Assembly: GCA_964617405.1 (NCBI GenBank)
Contig: CAZTXX010000004.1
Location: 1-34,913, forward strand
From: an uncultured Aquimonas sp.
GTDB taxonomy: Bacteria; Pseudomonadota; Gammaproteobacteria; Xanthomonadales; Xanthomonadaceae
DNA: 34,913 nt
Direction of reading: 5' to 3'
Shown: positions 1-11,123 of the stretch, in pieces
How the letters are laid out: each line of letters starts with the position of its first letter
How positions within the stretch are numbered: the first letter of the stretch is position 1
Notes under the pieces: model-generated
The model's input: only the letters and a program-made list of their open reading frames with translations
What the model was told of the DNA's origin: nothing
Database searches by the model: none
Translations under genes and position numbers: made by a program

Positions 1-271
1 GGTAGACGTGCTCGATGCCGAGTTCGGCGGCGCGGCGCGCCACCAGTTCGCTGCGTCGTGCGGTGATCAGGGCGACCGTGATGTCCGACTCGATCAGCAG
101 CTTGAGTCCCTGGCCGTCCAACGCATGGAATGCCTTGATTTCACTGCCGTCGGAGGCAAAACGCAGGCGGCCGTCGGTGAGCGTGCCGTCCACGTCCAGC
201 GCCAGCAGGCGCACCTGCGAGGCGCGCGCGCGGATGTCGGCGGGCGGGGCGGTAGGGGTCGGTGTGCTCAT
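1..271 (-). CDS. kdsC: 3-deoxy-D-manno-octulosonate 8-phosphate phosphatase (HAD family), 3' end runs off the window
   Basis: Not in the ORF track; translated by hand from ATG at 271: MSTPTPTAPPADIRARASQVRLLALDVDGTLTDGRLRFASDGSEIKAFHALDGQGLKLL...ITAR. Contains HAD motif I DVDGTLTDG and the KdsC signature EIKAF..DG.G; ATGA overlap with the kdsD stop. Confidence 0.93.
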   Translation of the reverse strand, partial: MSTPTPTAPPADIRARASQVRLLALDVDGTLTDGRLRFASDGSEIKAFHALDGQGLKLLIESDITVALITARRSELVARRAAELGIEHVY

Positions 272-1290
272 ACCACCCGGGCCCGCAGCAGATCATGGAT
301 ATTGAGCGCGCCCACCACGTGCTGGTGCTCGTCGGCGACTACTACGGCGGAAATCTTGTGGTCTTCCATCATGCGGGCCGCCTCCACCGCGAGGCGATCC
401 GGCGGCAGCGATTTGGGGTCGCGGCCCATCACCGCCTGGATCGGAGTCGAACGCAGGTCGGCATTGGGATCGTTCATCGCGCGGCGCAGGTCGCCGTCGG
501 TGAATACACCCACCAGGTGGTTGTCGGCGTCCACCACGGCGGTCATGCCGAGGCGCTTCTGGCTCATTTCCACCACCGCCTGGCTGATCGTGGCGTCGTT
601 GCGCACGCGGGGGATTTCCTCACCGGTGTGCATGATGTCGGAAATGCGCAGCAGCAGGCGGCGCCCGAGACTGCCTGCCGGGTGCGAGCGGGCGAAGTCG
701 GCGCTGGTGAAACCGCGTGCATCCAGCAGCGCCACCGCCAGCGCATCACCCATCGCCAGTGATGCCGTGGTGCTGGTGGTGGGCGCCAGGCCCAGGGGGC
801 ACGCTTCTTCTTCCACCGCGACGTCCAGATGGATGTCCGACAGTCGCGCGAGCGTCGAATGGGCGCGACCGGTCATCGCGATCAGGATGTTGCCCTGGCG
901 TCGCAGTGCCGGGACGATGGTGAGCACCTCGTCGCTCTCGCCCGAATAGGACAGGGCCAGCACCACGTCGTGCTCGGTGATCATGCCAAGGTCGCCGTGG
1001 CTGGCTTCGCCAGGATGCACGTGGAATGCCGGCGTGCCGGTGGAGGCGAGCGTGGCGGCGATCTTGCGCGCGATGTGGCCGGACTTGCCCATGCCGGTGG
1101 TGACCACGCGCCCCGGGGAGAGCAGCATGGCCCGGCAGGCCGCCACGAACGAGGCGTCGATGCGTGCACCCAAGGTCAGGAGCGCCTGGGCCTCGTTCTG
1201 GAATACCGAGCGCGCGGCCGTCACCAGCTTGGCCGGGTTCAGTTCGGGCAGGGCGGGAGGCGGGGCCAGCGGGTGCAGGTTGGCATTCAT
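268..1290 (-). CDS. kdsD: Arabinose-5-phosphate isomerase, KpsF/GutQ family (SIS + 2 CBS domains)
   Basis: GMGKSGHIARKIAATLASTGTP, HPGEASHGDLG, EACPLGLAPTTST, HPAGSLG; C-terminal CBS pair; coupled to kdsC. Confidence 0.96.
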   Translation of the reverse strand: MNANLHPLAPPPALPELNPAKLVTAARSVFQNEAQALLTLGARIDASFVAACRAMLLSPGRVVTTGMGKSGHIARKIAATLASTGTPAFHVHPGEASHGDLGMITEHDVVLALSYSGESDEVLTIVPALRRQGNILIAMTGRAHSTLARLSDIHLDVAVEEEACPLGLAPTTSTTASLAMGDALAVALLDARGFTSADFARSHPAGSLGRRLLLRISDIMHTGEEIPRVRNDATISQAVVEMSQKRLGMTAVVDADNHLVGVFTDGDLRRAMNDPNADLRSTPIQAVMGRDPKSLPPDRLAVEAARMMEDHKISAVVVADEHQHVVGALNIHDLLRARVV

Positions 1291-1355
1291 GGGCGGCGGG
1301 TCACATGTTGCGGTAGGGCTTCGCGCGCCGGGTTCGGGCGCCGCGGCCGTTATGA

Positions 1356-2987
<1,632 letters not shown>

Positions 2988-3007
2988 TTTTCGGCCACTC
3001 GCGCAAA

Positions 3008-3043
3008 GACGAAAAAGCTCGGCTGATGCCGGGCTTTTTCGTC
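3008..3043. terminator. Bidirectional intrinsic terminator between convergent murA and dodecin genes
   Basis: GACGAAAAAGCTCGGC-TGAT-GCCGGGCTTTTTCGTC: GC stem flanked by A5 on one side and T5 on the other. Confidence 0.88.
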
Positions 3044-3059
3044 GGGCGGATGTCGCCGC

Positions 3060-3263
3060 TTACTCCACGATGAAACTGACGCGCATGTTGACGCGCCATT
3101 CGGTGACGGTGCCGTCGGGTTTGGTGACCGCCTTGGTCTCGTTGATCCAGGCCCCCTGGATGTTCTTGACCGACTCGGCCGCCTTGGCCAGGCCGTGCTT
3201 GACCGCATCCTCGATGCTCTTGCTCGAGGACGCACTGATTTCAATGACTTTTGCAACGGACAT
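3060..3263 (-). CDS. Dodecin family protein (flavin/cofactor-binding)
   Basis: 67 aa [42 protein letters not shown]...[12 protein letters not shown]; GAGGTG SD upstream of ATG 3263. Confidence 0.9.
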   Translation of the reverse strand: MSVAKVIEISASSSKSIEDAVKHGLAKAAESVKNIQGAWINETKAVTKPDGTVTEWRVNMRVSFIVE

Positions 3264-3350
3264 GGAACACCTCGCTTGCGAAAGGAAAAGCCGGTGGTCG
3301 ATGGGTGTCGACTCCAGCCTGGCAAGCATAGCGCCGCTGCGTGACGACGG

Positions 3351-4061
3351 TCAGCGTCGCAGTGAGACCAGGCGCAGTTCGAAACCCTCGCTGCCATCGT
3401 TCTGCGCAATGCGCACCGGCACCATGCCCTGATCCGGTCCGAACCACAGCGTGGTGTTTCGTGCGGAATCCTCGCGAAGCCGTTCCACCTTCAATGCGCG
3501 CACGCGGCCGTAGGGCACCTCGACGGTTTCCTCGCCCTTGACGCGGTAGCGGTTGCGCTCCAGTTGCTCGCGATCGACCACCTGGTAGCTCAGTGTTCCG
3601 CGTTTGCCGGCGGCCAGGTCGAGGCCGATGGCCACGCTGACCGTCTGGCGGTCTATCACGCCGGCCTGTGCATCGAAACGATATTCGCCGCGATGGTCGC
3701 GGCTGACGATGCCTCCGGCACCGTCGCTGCACGTCACCTCACGTTCGCGTTTGCGAAGGCCGGTCTGACGGTAACGAAAACTCTCGCAGGCCAGGCCCTT
3801 TGATGTCTGGCGGAAATGCGAAACCTGATCGACTTCGAAGCCGGCCAGCAGCGCGAGCCCCTGGGTGCCGCGCGCGTGGTCGCGCATCCGCCACTGGCCC
3901 TCGTCACCGTGCTCCAGCGTGATGGTGGCAACACCCGCCACGCTGCCGCCACGCAGAAGCTCGTATTCGGCCACGTAGGGAGTCAGGCTCCCGCGTGCCC
4001 ACGATGACGCGGTGAACAGCAGGAGTACCAGAAAGGCGATGCGGGACAGCGGGTTCGTCAT
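3351..4061 (-). CDS. DUF3108-like exported protein
   Basis: Signal peptide, then [18 protein letters not shown]...TTLWF...VPVRI pattern typical of DUF3108; ATGA overlap with the purN stop. Confidence 0.75.
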   Translation of the reverse strand: MTNPLSRIAFLVLLLFTASSWARGSLTPYVAEYELLRGGSVAGVATITLEHGDEGQWRMRDHARGTQGLALLAGFEVDQVSHFRQTSKGLACESFRYRQTGLRKREREVTCSDGAGGIVSRDHRGEYRFDAQAGVIDRQTVSVAIGLDLAAGKRGTLSYQVVDREQLERNRYRVKGEETVEVPYGRVRALKVERLREDSARNTTLWFGPDQGMVPVRIAQNDGSEGFELRLVSLRR

Positions 4062-4720
4062 GGGTTCATCCGTGTCGGAATGAGGTCGGCCACGCGCAAC
4101 GGCGCATGCAAGGCGTTGCCTTCGAAACGCGGCTCGCGGCCCGTGAGGTCGAGGCTGCCGCAGGCGATGGCCTGGACACAGGCCGGCAGCAGACGATGTT
4201 CCTGTTGCAGCACGCGCGCTGCCAACTCCTGCGGTGTGTCGCCCGGCAATATCTCCACCTCGGCCTGTGCCAGCAGTGGGCCGGCATCGAGCTCGGCGGT
4301 GACCACATGCACGCTGGTGCCGTGTTTCGCATCACCCGCCGCCAAGGCGCGCGCGTGGGTGTCGAGGCCCGGGTAGAGCGGCAGCAGGGAAGGGTGGATG
4401 TTGAGCATGGGCACGGTGAGCCGGGACAGCGTTTCGGCGGAAATGATGCGCATGTATCCCGCACAGACGATGAGGTCCGGCTGAACCCGCATCACCTCGG
4501 CAAACAGCCGGGCATCGTGCGTGACGCGAGCCTCTCCACGCGCACGTGGCACCGCGAGCGCGGCGATGCCGTGGTCACGGGCGATCTCCAGCGCGCCCGC
4601 ATCGGGCTGGTCGGAAAATACCCCGACGATGCCGAAGCCCGCAGCCGGTGCCTGGCTGGCGGCCAGCAACGAAGCCAGGTTGCTGCCCCGGCCCGAGGCC
4701 AGTACGGCGACGCGCAACAT
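4058..4720 (-). CDS. purN: Phosphoribosylglycinamide formyltransferase
   Basis: [43 protein letters not shown]; start ATG 4720 overlaps the purM stop (TGATG). Confidence 0.97.
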   Translation of the reverse strand: MLRVAVLASGRGSNLASLLAASQAPAAGFGIVGVFSDQPDAGALEIARDHGIAALAVPRARGEARVTHDARLFAEVMRVQPDLIVCAGYMRIISAETLSRLTVPMLNIHPSLLPLYPGLDTHARALAAGDAKHGTSVHVVTAELDAGPLLAQAEVEILPGDTPQELAARVLQQEHRLLPACVQAIACGSLDLTGREPRFEGNALHAPLRVADLIPTRMNP

Positions 4721-5760
4721 CAGCCGATCCGCACCCGGTCCGCGCCCGGCGCGGTTGCCCGCACTTCGCCGATCAGGCGGTTGCCGAGGCCGGCTTCGTG
4801 CAGCAGGGCCTGCATCGCGGCGGCCTCGCCGGGCGCGGCCACCACCACGAAACCGATGCCGCAATTGAAGGTGCGCCACATTTCCGTATCGGCGATATCG
4901 CCTTCGCGCTGCAACCACTGGAAGACGTCCGGCAACGTCCAGCTTCCGGCATCGATCACGACGCCGAGGCCTTCCGGAATCACCCGGATGATGTTCTCGC
5001 TCAGCCCGCCGCCGGTGATGTGCGCCAGCGCGTGGGGTGCGTGCGCCGCCAGCAGGGCGAGGACGGGCTTGACGTAGATCGTGGTGGGTGCCATCAGCGC
5101 ATCGCCCAGCGTGGTGTCGCCGAGTGCCATGTCCGGTGTGGCACCGGCACGTTCGATGACGCGCCGGATCAACGAGTAACCGTTGGAGTGCGGCCCACTG
5201 GAGTCGACCCCGATCAGCACGTCGCCGGCGCGCACGCCGCTGCCGTCGAGCAGCTTCGATTTTTCCACCCCGCCCACGCAAAAACCGGCCAGGTCGTAGT
5301 CGCCGGGCGCATACATGTCGGGCATTTCGGCGGTTTCGCCGCCGATCAGCGCGCAGCCTGCACGCACGCAGCCTTCCACGATGCCGCCCACCACGCGCGC
5401 TGCGGTGTCAACGTCGAGCTTGCCTGTGGCGAAATAATCGAGGAAGAACAAGGGCTCGGCACCTTGCACCAGCACGTCGTTGACGCACATGCCGACCAGG
5501 TCGATGCCGATGGTGTCGTGACGGTCCCAGTCCTGCGCGAGGCGCAACTTGGTGCCCACCCCGTCGGTGCCCGACACCAGCACGGGTTCGCGATACTTGT
5601 TCGACAGGTCGAACAATGCCCCGAAACCGCCCAGTCCGCCCATCACGCCGGCGCGCATGCTGCGCCCCACCAGTGGTTTGATGCGGTCGACGAGGGCGTT
5701 TCCGGCGTCGATGTCGACGCCTGCGTCACGATAGGTCAGCGGCGGCCTGGCAGCGGTCAC
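4720..5760 (-). CDS. purM: Phosphoribosylformylglycinamidine cyclo-ligase
   Basis: [53 protein letters not shown]. Start placed at GTG 5760 (ACAGGA SD at 5768-5773); the alternative ATG 5790 lies inside a -10 box. Confidence 0.96.
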   Translation of the reverse strand: MTAARPPLTYRDAGVDIDAGNALVDRIKPLVGRSMRAGVMGGLGGFGALFDLSNKYREPVLVSGTDGVGTKLRLAQDWDRHDTIGIDLVGMCVNDVLVQGAEPLFFLDYFATGKLDVDTAARVVGGIVEGCVRAGCALIGGETAEMPDMYAPGDYDLAGFCVGGVEKSKLLDGSGVRAGDVLIGVDSSGPHSNGYSLIRRVIERAGATPDMALGDTTLGDALMAPTTIYVKPVLALLAAHAPHALAHITGGGLSENIIRVIPEGLGVVIDAGSWTLPDVFQWLQREGDIADTEMWRTFNCGIGFVVVAAPGEAAAMQALLHEAGLGNRLIGEVRATAPGADRVRIG

Positions 5761-5788
5761 GGGGCGATCCTGTGGGCGAGGGGGCGTC

Positions 5789-5794
5789 ATTGTA
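5789..5794 (-). promoter_or_regulatory. Putative sigma70 -10 box of the purMN operon
   Basis: TACAAT on the minus strand about 30 nt upstream of the purM GTG. Confidence 0.5.
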
Positions 5795-5906
5795 GCCGCT
5801 CGCCCCGTGGTCGCGGGCCCGTGCGGGCCGGGTTTCCCGATCCACGTTCATGGACGCTGCCGGCCCGCTTGCGGCACCATGCGCGCCTGTTCTGGAGGGT
5901 TTTTCG

Positions 5907-6953
5907 ATGTCGCGACTGCCAATTTTTTCGTTTTTGCTGCTGCTGGTCGCGTTGCTTGTACCCTGCACGCGGGGAGGCGCGCAGGAGTTGGGGACTTACG
6001 AAGCCGAGGTGGTGGTGTCCAGCCAGGCTGATGGCGAGCGCAATGCGGCCTTGCCCCGGGCACTGGAGCAGGTGCTGGTGAAGCTGGGCGGGGCGTCCGC
6101 GGCGGGCGGGGATATCGGCGAGGACATCGCTGTTTCCCTGTTGCAGCAGTACCGTTACCGGCAGGAGGTGGTGAGCGTGGATGGCTCGCCGGTTTCCCGT
6201 CTTTCCCTGATCGCGCGTTTCGATCAGGCGGGCGTGCAGAGGCTGCTGGCGGGCCGTGGTGTTGCGGCCTGGCCGGCACAGCGTCCCGAGCCGATCCTCT
6301 GGCTGGCAATCGACGATGGCTCGGGTGCGCGCATGGTGTCGCAGGAGACCGCTGCCGCGGTGGCACCGCTCGTCGCGCGCGCCACCCAGCGCGGCCTGCG
6401 CGTGCGCCTGCCGGCCTACGATGCACAGGATCGGGTGATCGTCTATCCGCGCGATCTTGCCGGCGAGGAAAACTACGCCGTGGACACTGCCACCCAGCGC
6501 TATGGCGGGCCGGCACTGATCGGCTGGCTGCGGCGTGCCGAGGGCGGCTGGGTGGCTGATTGGCGCCTGCGTGATGGCGAAAACGAGATCGGTCGTTGGC
6601 GAAGCACCGACCCGCAGGCTGCCGCGGCGCTGGCCGCCGGTGCGGATGGTGCCGCCGATGCGCTGGCGCAGCGCCACGCCCAGGTGGCGCTTTCGGGTAC
6701 GCCAGGACGCTATGGCATCGTGATCGAGGGCGTGGCGAATGGCGCCGATTACGCGCGCGTGCTGGCGACCTTGCGGCGCCAGCCCATCGTGCGCGGCGTG
6801 TCCCCGGTGGTGCTGCGCGATGATCGTCTGGAAGTCGAAGTGGATCTGGGCGCCGGCGTCGAAAGCCTCACGCGGCTGCTGGCCGGTGGCGCACTGGAAT
6901 CGGTGTCGGTGGGTGATGGCGCAACGCCGACCATCCTCGCGCTGCGCCATTGA
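5907..6953 (+). CDS. DUF2066-like exported protein
   Basis: Signal peptide, YEAEVVVSSQ...RALEQVLVKLGG, WP..RP..ILWLAIDDG; conserved position divergent from purM; GGAGGG SD before ATG 5907. Confidence 0.78.
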   Translation: MSRLPIFSFLLLLVALLVPCTRGGAQELGTYEAEVVVSSQADGERNAALPRALEQVLVKLGGASAAGGDIGEDIAVSLLQQYRYRQEVVSVDGSPVSRLSLIARFDQAGVQRLLAGRGVAAWPAQRPEPILWLAIDDGSGARMVSQETAAAVAPLVARATQRGLRVRLPAYDAQDRVIVYPRDLAGEENYAVDTATQRYGGPALIGWLRRAEGGWVADWRLRDGENEIGRWRSTDPQAAAALAAGADGAADALAQRHAQVALSGTPGRYGIVIEGVANGADYARVLATLRRQPIVRGVSPVVLRDDRLEVEVDLGAGVESLTRLLAGGALESVSVGDGATPTILALRH

Positions 6954-7040
6954 TCCGGACAGCCTGCTCCGGATGTCACGCGTACATCGCGGTTGGCGTC
7001 GGTATGGGGCAGCGCATCGACACAATTTTCGGAGAAGACA

Positions 7041-8216
7041 ATGAGTGACACCCACAAGTGGCAGTTGGCGGCGCTGGTGGTGGGCATCGGCCTGCTGCTC
7101 TGGTTGCTCGGCCCGGTGCTGACGCCTTTCGTGGTGGCGGCGCTGCTGGCCTATCTCGGCGATCCCGCGGTCGACCGGCTTGAACGCTTGCGCCTGTCGC
7201 GCAGTGGTGCGGTGACCATCGTGTTCCTGTTGATGACGCTGGCCCTGGTGGGCATCGTGCTGCTGCTGATCCCCATGCTGGAAAGGCAGGTCACCACTCT
7301 GATCGACCAGTTCCCGCGCTATCGCGAATGGTTCACCGGCACCGTTCTGCCCTGGGTGAGCGAACGCATCGGCATGGATGTGGAAGGGGTGGACGTGGAA
7401 TCGCTCTACGCCATGCTGCGCGACCACTGGAAGCAGGCCGGCGGGTTCGCCGCCACCGTGCTCGGTGGCATCTCGCGCTCCAGCCTGGTGGTGGTCAACT
7501 GGGTGGTGAACCTGGCGCTGATCCCGGTGGTGGCCTTCTACCTGCTGCGTGACTGGGATGTGATGGTGGAAAAGTTGCGCCTGTTGATCCCGCGCTCCAT
7601 CGAGCCGGTGGTCACGCGCCTGACGCGTGAGGCGGACAGTGTGCTGGGCGGATTCCTGCGCGGCCAGATCAGCGTAATGCTGGCGCTGGGTGCGATCTAC
7701 GCGGTCGGCTTGTGGATGGTGGGCATCGACCTGGCGCTGTTGATCGGCATGATCGCGGGCCTGGTGAGCTTCATCCCCTATCTTGGTGCCATCGTCGGCG
7801 TGGGCATCGGGCTGATCGCGGCCCTGGTGCAGTACGGCGACTGGAGCCACGTGCTGCTCGTCGGGCTGGTGTTCGGCGTCGGCCAGCTCATGGAAAGCTT
7901 CGTGCTGACCCCATTCCTGGTGGGTGATCGCATCGGGATGCACCCTGTTGCGGTGATCTTCTCGGTGATGGCCGGGGGCCAGCTTTTCGGCTTCGTGGGC
8001 ATCCTGGTGGCGTTGCCGGTGGCGGCCGTGGTGATGGTCATCCTGCGTTACCTCTATCAGGAATACACCGCCAGCCGGCTGTATGCCGGAGAGCCGGCAA
8101 CAGCGGCCGGTGCCGTGGTGCCTGCGGAGGAACCAAAGTCCGCACCACGGCGCCGTCGCTCGCCTCGACGGCGTACCCGCAACGGTTCCGCACCCGGGGA
8201 TGGTTCCGATTCGTGA
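7041..8216 (+). CDS. AI-2E family (PerM-like) transporter
   Basis: Multi-TM protein with LLAYLGDP, FYLLRDW, GFLRGQ, FIPYLG, GMHPV, GGQLFGFVGILVALP; GGAG SD before ATG 7041. Confidence 0.92.
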   Translation: MSDTHKWQLAALVVGIGLLLWLLGPVLTPFVVAALLAYLGDPAVDRLERLRLSRSGAVTIVFLLMTLALVGIVLLLIPMLERQVTTLIDQFPRYREWFTGTVLPWVSERIGMDVEGVDVESLYAMLRDHWKQAGGFAATVLGGISRSSLVVVNWVVNLALIPVVAFYLLRDWDVMVEKLRLLIPRSIEPVVTRLTREADSVLGGFLRGQISVMLALGAIYAVGLWMVGIDLALLIGMIAGLVSFIPYLGAIVGVGIGLIAALVQYGDWSHVLLVGLVFGVGQLMESFVLTPFLVGDRIGMHPVAVIFSVMAGGQLFGFVGILVALPVAAVVMVILRYLYQEYTASRLYAGEPATAAGAVVPAEEPKSAPRRRRSPRRRTRNGSAPGDGSDS

Positions 8217-8920
8217 GTGCCACCCCCCAGCTTCCACTCGCCTTGCGACCGGCGCCGGATCTTCGTTTCGACTGTTTCATCGGCGCTCCCGAAGTGGTCA
8301 CCTGCCTCGCCGGCCTGGCGCGCGGGCAGGGCGGCTCGACCCTGCTCTCCGGGGTTGTCGGCAGCGGCAAGACCCATCTGGCGATTGCCACCGCCCAAGC
8401 GGCCGCGGAGGCCGGGCTGGCGGTGCAATACGTGCCGCTGGCCCAGCTCAAGGGGCAGGTCGAACGGGGGTTGGCCGGGCTGGAGCGGCAGCAGCTGGTG
8501 ATCCTGGACGATCTGGATGCCGTCCTGGGCACGCGTGGCGACGAAGTCGCGCTGTTCGACTTCCACAATCGCGCGCATGCCGCCGGTACCGTCCTGCTCT
8601 ATGTCGCCTGCGACGTGCCTTCCGCCTTGCCGGTGGATCTTCCCGACCTGCGCTCACGCCTGTCGCAGTGCACCCGACTGCTGTTGCCGCGGCCCGATGA
8701 TGAACTGCGCGCAGCCATCCTGCGGCAGAAGGCGCAGGCGCGCGGCTGGTTGCTGGACGATGCGGCGCTGGGTTACCTGTTGCGCCACGTGGGCCGTGAA
8801 ATGGGCTCGCTGGTGGCGCTGCTGGAACGTCTCGACCGGGTGAGCCTGGCCGAGCAGCGCCGGGTGACGGTGCCCTTCATCCGCAGCGTGCTGGATGAGA
8901 TGTCCGCCCCCGGAGCCTGA
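8213..8920 (+). CDS. hda: DnaA regulatory inactivator Hda
   Basis: N-terminal clamp-binding-like QLPLAL, Walker A GSGKTHL, ILDD, LFDFHNR, LPDLRSRL, VTVPF; GTGA overlap with the AI-2E gene. Confidence 0.93.
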   Translation: MSATPQLPLALRPAPDLRFDCFIGAPEVVTCLAGLARGQGGSTLLSGVVGSGKTHLAIATAQAAAEAGLAVQYVPLAQLKGQVERGLAGLERQQLVILDDLDAVLGTRGDEVALFDFHNRAHAAGTVLLYVACDVPSALPVDLPDLRSRLSQCTRLLLPRPDDELRAAILRQKAQARGWLLDDAALGYLLRHVGREMGSLVALLERLDRVSLAEQRRVTVPFIRSVLDEMSAPGA

Positions 8921-8933
8921 TGCCGCTGGGGTT

Positions 8934-9341
8934 TTAGAACAGGTCGCCGCCGGCGGAGAAGGCGCGCTCCATGCGGTCGCCCAGGCCACCGATTTCCAGC
9001 ACGATGCGATCAATGTCGGCGGCGCTCAGCGCGCCGTACGGGCGGTTTTCGCACAGATGCAGGTAGGGCACGCCATCGAGTTCGGAAACGGCCAGATAGC
9101 CGACCCGCTGGCCCCAGTTGAACTGCAGCGCGCGGCGGGCGTCAACACCGGTGATCGGGGCGATGGCCGTGCTCACGCGCAGGTAGGGCCGTGCATCGTC
9201 GTCGTGCAGTTCGGTCAGGTAGATGCCCTGACGCCGCGTGCCCTGATCGAGGGACAGCTCGATGCCGAGCAGGTAGCTCTCGTCGGTGCGAAGGGTGTAA
9301 TGGTTCGCGATGTGGGCGCGGATCTGGTCGAAGTTCTGCAT
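8934..9341 (-). CDS. Hypothetical protein, probable YbjN/type III chaperone-like fold
   Basis: 135 aa with GC3-biased codons; pattern R.Q..(YL)...LRVST.I...AL.FN....GYL....G..YL and terminal GDRME...GGDLF resembles YbjN-like proteins; TAGAAT -10 at 9375-9380 (minus strand). Confidence 0.6.
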   Translation of the reverse strand: MQNFDQIRAHIANHYTLRTDESYLLGIELSLDQGTRRQGIYLTELHDDDARPYLRVSTAIAPITGVDARRALQFNWGQRVGYLAVSELDGVPYLHLCENRPYGALSAADIDRIVLEIGGLGDRMERAFSAGGDLF

Positions 9342-9421
9342 GGATATTGGGCAAGTGAATGGCAAACCGGCGCTATTCTAGCCGGCATCGCAACCATTCC
9401 CGCCAGCCGCCGCAGCCCGCC

Positions 9422-9781
9422 ATGCCTGGATCCGAAGCCGACGAACGCCGCCAGCGCATCCTTTCCGCCATCCGCGCGGTGCCCCGCGGGCATACCGCCA
9501 GCTATGGCCAGATCGCGCGTCGCGCGGGCTATCCGCGCTGTGCCCGGCTGGTGGCGCGGTTGTTGTCTGAAAGCGCCGAGCCCTTGCCCTGGCACCGCAT
9601 CGTGCGCTCGGATGGCCGCATCGCCTTTCCGGTCGGCTCCGAGGGCTTCGACGAGCAATGTGGCCGGCTGCGGGTCGAAGGCGTGACGGTCCAGTCCGGC
9701 AGGGTCCGTCTGGTCAACGACGATGAAGCCTGGCTCGACCGGATGCTGTGGGGCGAAGCCGCAACGCGGTCGCGGCGCTGA
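9422..9781 (+). CDS. atl: Alkyltransferase-like (ATL/YbaZ) DNA base-flipping protein, MGMT family
   Basis: VPRG..ASYGQIA..AG...ARLV, and PWHRIV (Trp in place of the catalytic Cys of PCHRV); Q..RL..EGV. Confidence 0.88.
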   Translation: MPGSEADERRQRILSAIRAVPRGHTASYGQIARRAGYPRCARLVARLLSESAEPLPWHRIVRSDGRIAFPVGSEGFDEQCGRLRVEGVTVQSGRVRLVNDDEAWLDRMLWGEAATRSRR

Positions 9782-9856
9782 GCTCACACCACCACGAAGC
9801 GCGGGTCGGTGTGCTGGCCGCGTAGAATGCGGGGCTTTCCGCTACGTGCGTCCAAC

Positions 9857-10504
9857 ATGCTGAATGATGTTCCTCCCGTTACCCGCGCCCTGCTGATAGC
9901 CAATGTGGCGCTGTTCCTGGCGCAGATGGCCCTGGGCGATGCGCGGTTTGTCAACCTGATGCTGTGGCCGATGGGCGACTTTCCCGTGCGCCTGCCCGAT
10001 GGTTCGGTCGGGCTGGTGGGTTTCCTGCCGTGGCAGCTTTTGAGCTATGGATTCCTGCACGGCGGCCTGACCCACCTGTTTTTCAACATGTTCGCGCTGT
10101 GGATGTTCGGCGGGCCGCTGGAAGCAACCTGGGGCAGCAAACGCTTTTTGCAGTACTACCTGGTCTGCGTGGTGGGTGCCGGTGTGGTGCAGCTTGCCGT
10201 GGCCACGGCGGCGGCGAGCGGCGGCATGGCCTATCCGACCGTGGGCGCCTCGGGCGGCGTGTTCGGGCTGCTGCTGGCCTATGGCCTGTTGTTCCCGAAC
10301 CACCGGCTGATGCTGATGATCCCGCCGATCCCGATGCGCGCGCGCACCTTCGTGATCTGCTACGGCTTGCTGGAGCTGTTCCTGGGGGTCACCCGCACCC
10401 AGTCGGGCGTGGCGCATTTCGCGCATCTGGGCGGCATGGCCTTCGGTTTCCTGTTGATCCAGTACTGGCGTGGGCGCTGGCCGTTCCGCCGGGCGCCGCG
10501 ATGA
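9857..10504 (+). CDS. Rhomboid family intramembrane serine protease
   Basis: WQLLSYGFLH, HLFFNM, GASGG (catalytic Ser), AHFAHLGG (catalytic His); TAGAAT -10 at 9823-9828. Confidence 0.95.
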   Translation: MLNDVPPVTRALLIANVALFLAQMALGDARFVNLMLWPMGDFPVRLPDGSVGLVGFLPWQLLSYGFLHGGLTHLFFNMFALWMFGGPLEATWGSKRFLQYYLVCVVGAGVVQLAVATAAASGGMAYPTVGASGGVFGLLLAYGLLFPNHRLMLMIPPIPMRARTFVICYGLLELFLGVTRTQSGVAHFAHLGGMAFGFLLIQYWRGRWPFRRAPR

Positions 10505-10534
10505 GGAACGGTGGAACAGGCGTGCGATTCCGCA

Positions 10535-10563
10535 TTGTCGCAAGTGCCCACAACACTTAGACT
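10535..10563 (+). promoter_or_regulatory. Putative sigma70 promoter of the secreted hypothetical gene
   Basis: TTGTCG (10535-10540), 17-nt spacer, TAGACT (10558-10563). Confidence 0.6.
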
Positions 10564-10591
10564 TGCAGGAGTACCTCCAAGGAATGTGGCG

Positions 10592-11074
10592 ATGCTCAGG
10601 ACGATGACGACGGGTGCGGTGCTGCTGGTTGCGATGGCGTTGGCCGGTGAGGCCATGGCGATCAGTTGCGAAGGCGGCGCCACGCAGCCCCTGCCGGTGC
10701 GCACCACGCCGGTTCCGCCGCTTTATTCCGGCATGCTCGGCCGCCCGGCCGCGCTGGCCGCGCCGCGTACCTTGCTTGCGGACAGCCGTGACGAATCCTT
10801 GGCACTCGACGTGGTGCTGATGCGCCTGCGGCTGGAGGCTTGCGCCGCGCAGCCCACCGACGAATTCGCCAACTACGTGCCCAAGACCGAGTTCGACAAT
10901 ACGCCGTACCGTTTCAACATGGACAAGGGCAAGAAGTTCACCGCGGCCGAGTTCGATGCCTGGATGAAGAGCCGTGGCGTGCGCGTGGTGCAGGCGCGCC
11001 CTGCGGCTACCGTGCCCGCGACGGCTGGCGGCGGCGAATCCGCCCCGGCCACGACGGCCACCGTTTCCGAGTGA
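10592..11074 (+). CDS. Secreted hypothetical protein (160 aa)
   Basis: AAGGA SD, signal peptide MLRTMTTGAVLLVAMALAGEAMA, two Cys, compact C-terminal segment YVPKTEFDNTPYRFNMDKGKKFTAAEFDAWMKSRGVRVV with strongly biased codons. Confidence 0.8.
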   Translation: MLRTMTTGAVLLVAMALAGEAMAISCEGGATQPLPVRTTPVPPLYSGMLGRPAALAAPRTLLADSRDESLALDVVLMRLRLEACAAQPTDEFANYVPKTEFDNTPYRFNMDKGKKFTAAEFDAWMKSRGVRVVQARPAATVPATAGGGESAPATTATVSE

Positions 11075-11123
11075 GTCTCGGCCTTTGCGGGTACGTTGGG
11101 GTGCCGCGTAGTAGCATTGGCCG

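Noticed and set aside
6951-6978. Inverted repeat ATCCGGA...TCCGGAT after the DUF2066 gene as a terminator
   Set aside because: Short imperfect stem, no U-tract, between co-directional genes; could be chance.
5787-8237. 816-aa minus-strand ORF
   Set aside because: Antisense to the DUF2066 and AI-2E genes; His/Gln/Arg-rich composition typical of shadow frames.
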